Virus record (IMG/VR): IMGVR_UViG_3300032893_000028
Coordinates: 1 to 64,000 of that record
DNA: 64,000 bases
Direction: 5' to 3' (one strand)
Source: a virus
Positions 62,999 through 64,000 of this stretch are shown here, one piece after another. Both the position numbers and the translations under genes were made by a program. Every line of letters starts with the position of its first letter. The first letter of the stretch is position 1. The notes beneath the pieces are model-generated. The model was not told where the DNA came from and made no database searches. It was given only the letters and a program-made list of their open reading frames with translations.

Positions 62999-64000
62999 CG
63001 CGTCTTGAGCTGGCGCTCGGGCTCGCCGCGGCGGGCATGAAGATCTTTCCCTGCCACTCCGTCACCGATGGCGCGTGCTCCTGTGGCGACGAAGGCTGCA
63101 AGCCCAACAACCGCGGCAAGCACCCGCGCCTCGGAGGCTGGCAGCGCGAGGCCACGAGCGACGAGGGCAAGATCCGCGCGTGGTTCGGCTTCTGGCCGGA
63201 CATGAATTACGGCGTGGCCACCGGCGCGCCGTCGGGCGTCTGGGTGCTCGACATCGACCCCGACAAGGGCGGGTGGGATTCGATCGCCGAGCTCGTGGCG
63301 CAGCAGGGCGCGCCGCCGACGACGTTCGAGACGGTGACGGGCTCGGGCGGGCAGCACCTGTGGTTCAAGCACGTCGCCGGCCTGCGCAACCGATCCGCCA
63401 TTATGCCCGGCATCGATGCGCGCGGCGACGGGGGCTACGTCATCGGCCCGGGCTGCGCCAACGCCAAGGGGCAGTACGCGGTTGGCTCCGACGCCGACGT
63501 GGCCGAGGCGCCAGCATGGCTGGTCGAGATGGTGCTGCCGGGCAAGCGCGAGCCGCGGGCGACCAAGGGTGAGGACCGCAGGCCGACGGCGGAGGAACTG
63601 CCGCTCGTGCGCGAGCACGCCAGGGCGGACATCCAGCGCCGACCGCCTGGCAAAGAAGGGCAGGGCGGCGGCCCCGCGCTCCTGCACGTCTGCCGCGACT
63701 TGTACCGCGGCTACGGGCTGCCCGACGACGCGGAGACGCGGGCCATCGTCGACGAGTACTGCGCGCGCTGCGAGCCGCCGTGGTCGGACGCGGGCGAAGT
63801 GGATCACAAAGTCGATGAGGGGCAGGACGAGGATAAGGATCCCGACGGCAGGCCGGTCGGCTATCTGCTACACGAGTTCTACGTCCGGCAAGCGTTCGAG
63901 CTCGCCGCGAACGAAGAGACTGCGCGTTGCCTGACCGACAAAGTCGTGCGGCTGGACGTCGACGAGCACCGCGTGGTCGACGAGGTCATCGGCCACCTGG
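62995..64000 (+). CDS. Bifunctional DNA primase-polymerase (runs off the window)
   Basis: IFPCH..CSC..GKHP, NYGVATG, VLDID, TGSGGQHLWF and IDARGDGGYVI motifs; absent from the ORF track because it has no stop. Confidence 0.88.
   Translation, partial: MTRLELALGLAAAGMKIFPCHSVTDGACSCGDEGCKPNNRGKHPRLGGWQREATSDEGKIRAWFGFWPDMNYGVATGAPSGVWVLDIDPDKGGWDSIAELVAQQGAPPTTFETVTGSGGQHLWFKHVAGLRNRSAIMPGIDARGDGGYVIGPGCANAKGQYAVGSDADVAEAPAWLVEMVLPGKREPRATKGEDRRPTAEELPLVREHARADIQRRPPGKEGQGGGPALLHVCRDLYRGYGLPDDAETRAIVDEYCARCEPPWSDAGEVDHKVDEGQDEDKDPDGRPVGYLLHEFYVRQAFELAANEETARCLTDKVVRLDVDEHRVVDEVIGHL

Overview
The whole window reads as about 64 kb of a high-GC tailed phage genome with a contractile tail (myovirus morphotype). 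No host housekeeping genes, integrase or att site are visible, and terminase and portal must lie outside the window. 1-17 kb (+) is the head, neck, tail and baseplate operon. 17-37.5 kb (+) holds an SGNH hydrolase and two collagen-like (Gly-X-Thr) fibre genes interleaved with a large sugar cluster: two multi-domain glycosyltransferases, an epimerase, a UDP-Glc dehydrogenase, a UDP-GlcA decarboxylase, two SAM methyltransferases and a B12-radical SAM enzyme. 37.5-42 kb (-) is small early genes, and 42-44.5 kb (+) is a lysis cassette with an M15 endolysin. 44.5-62 kb (-) covers replication and nucleotide metabolism: RuvC-like resolvase, family A DNA polymerase, dUTPase, tRNA-Tyr, helicase, DHH phosphoesterase, HNH, PD-(D/E)XK exonuclease and an IbrA/IbrB-like module. 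62-64 kb (+) carries a DUF559 nuclease and a primase-polymerase that runs off the end. The two best candidates for undescribed systems are (1) a coiled-coil protein gene followed by a ~260-nt structured non-coding element closed by a 27-bp stem and containing ten AG-initiated, mostly 7-nt repeats, and (2) a self-contained pathway that may glycosylate the phage's own collagen-like fibres. Also notable are an HNH element that replaced the 3' end of its host gene, a 10-copy early promoter motif, widespread apparently leaderless late genes, and direct repeats at gene junctions. All family assignments come from motif recognition and synteny by eye; no searches were run.
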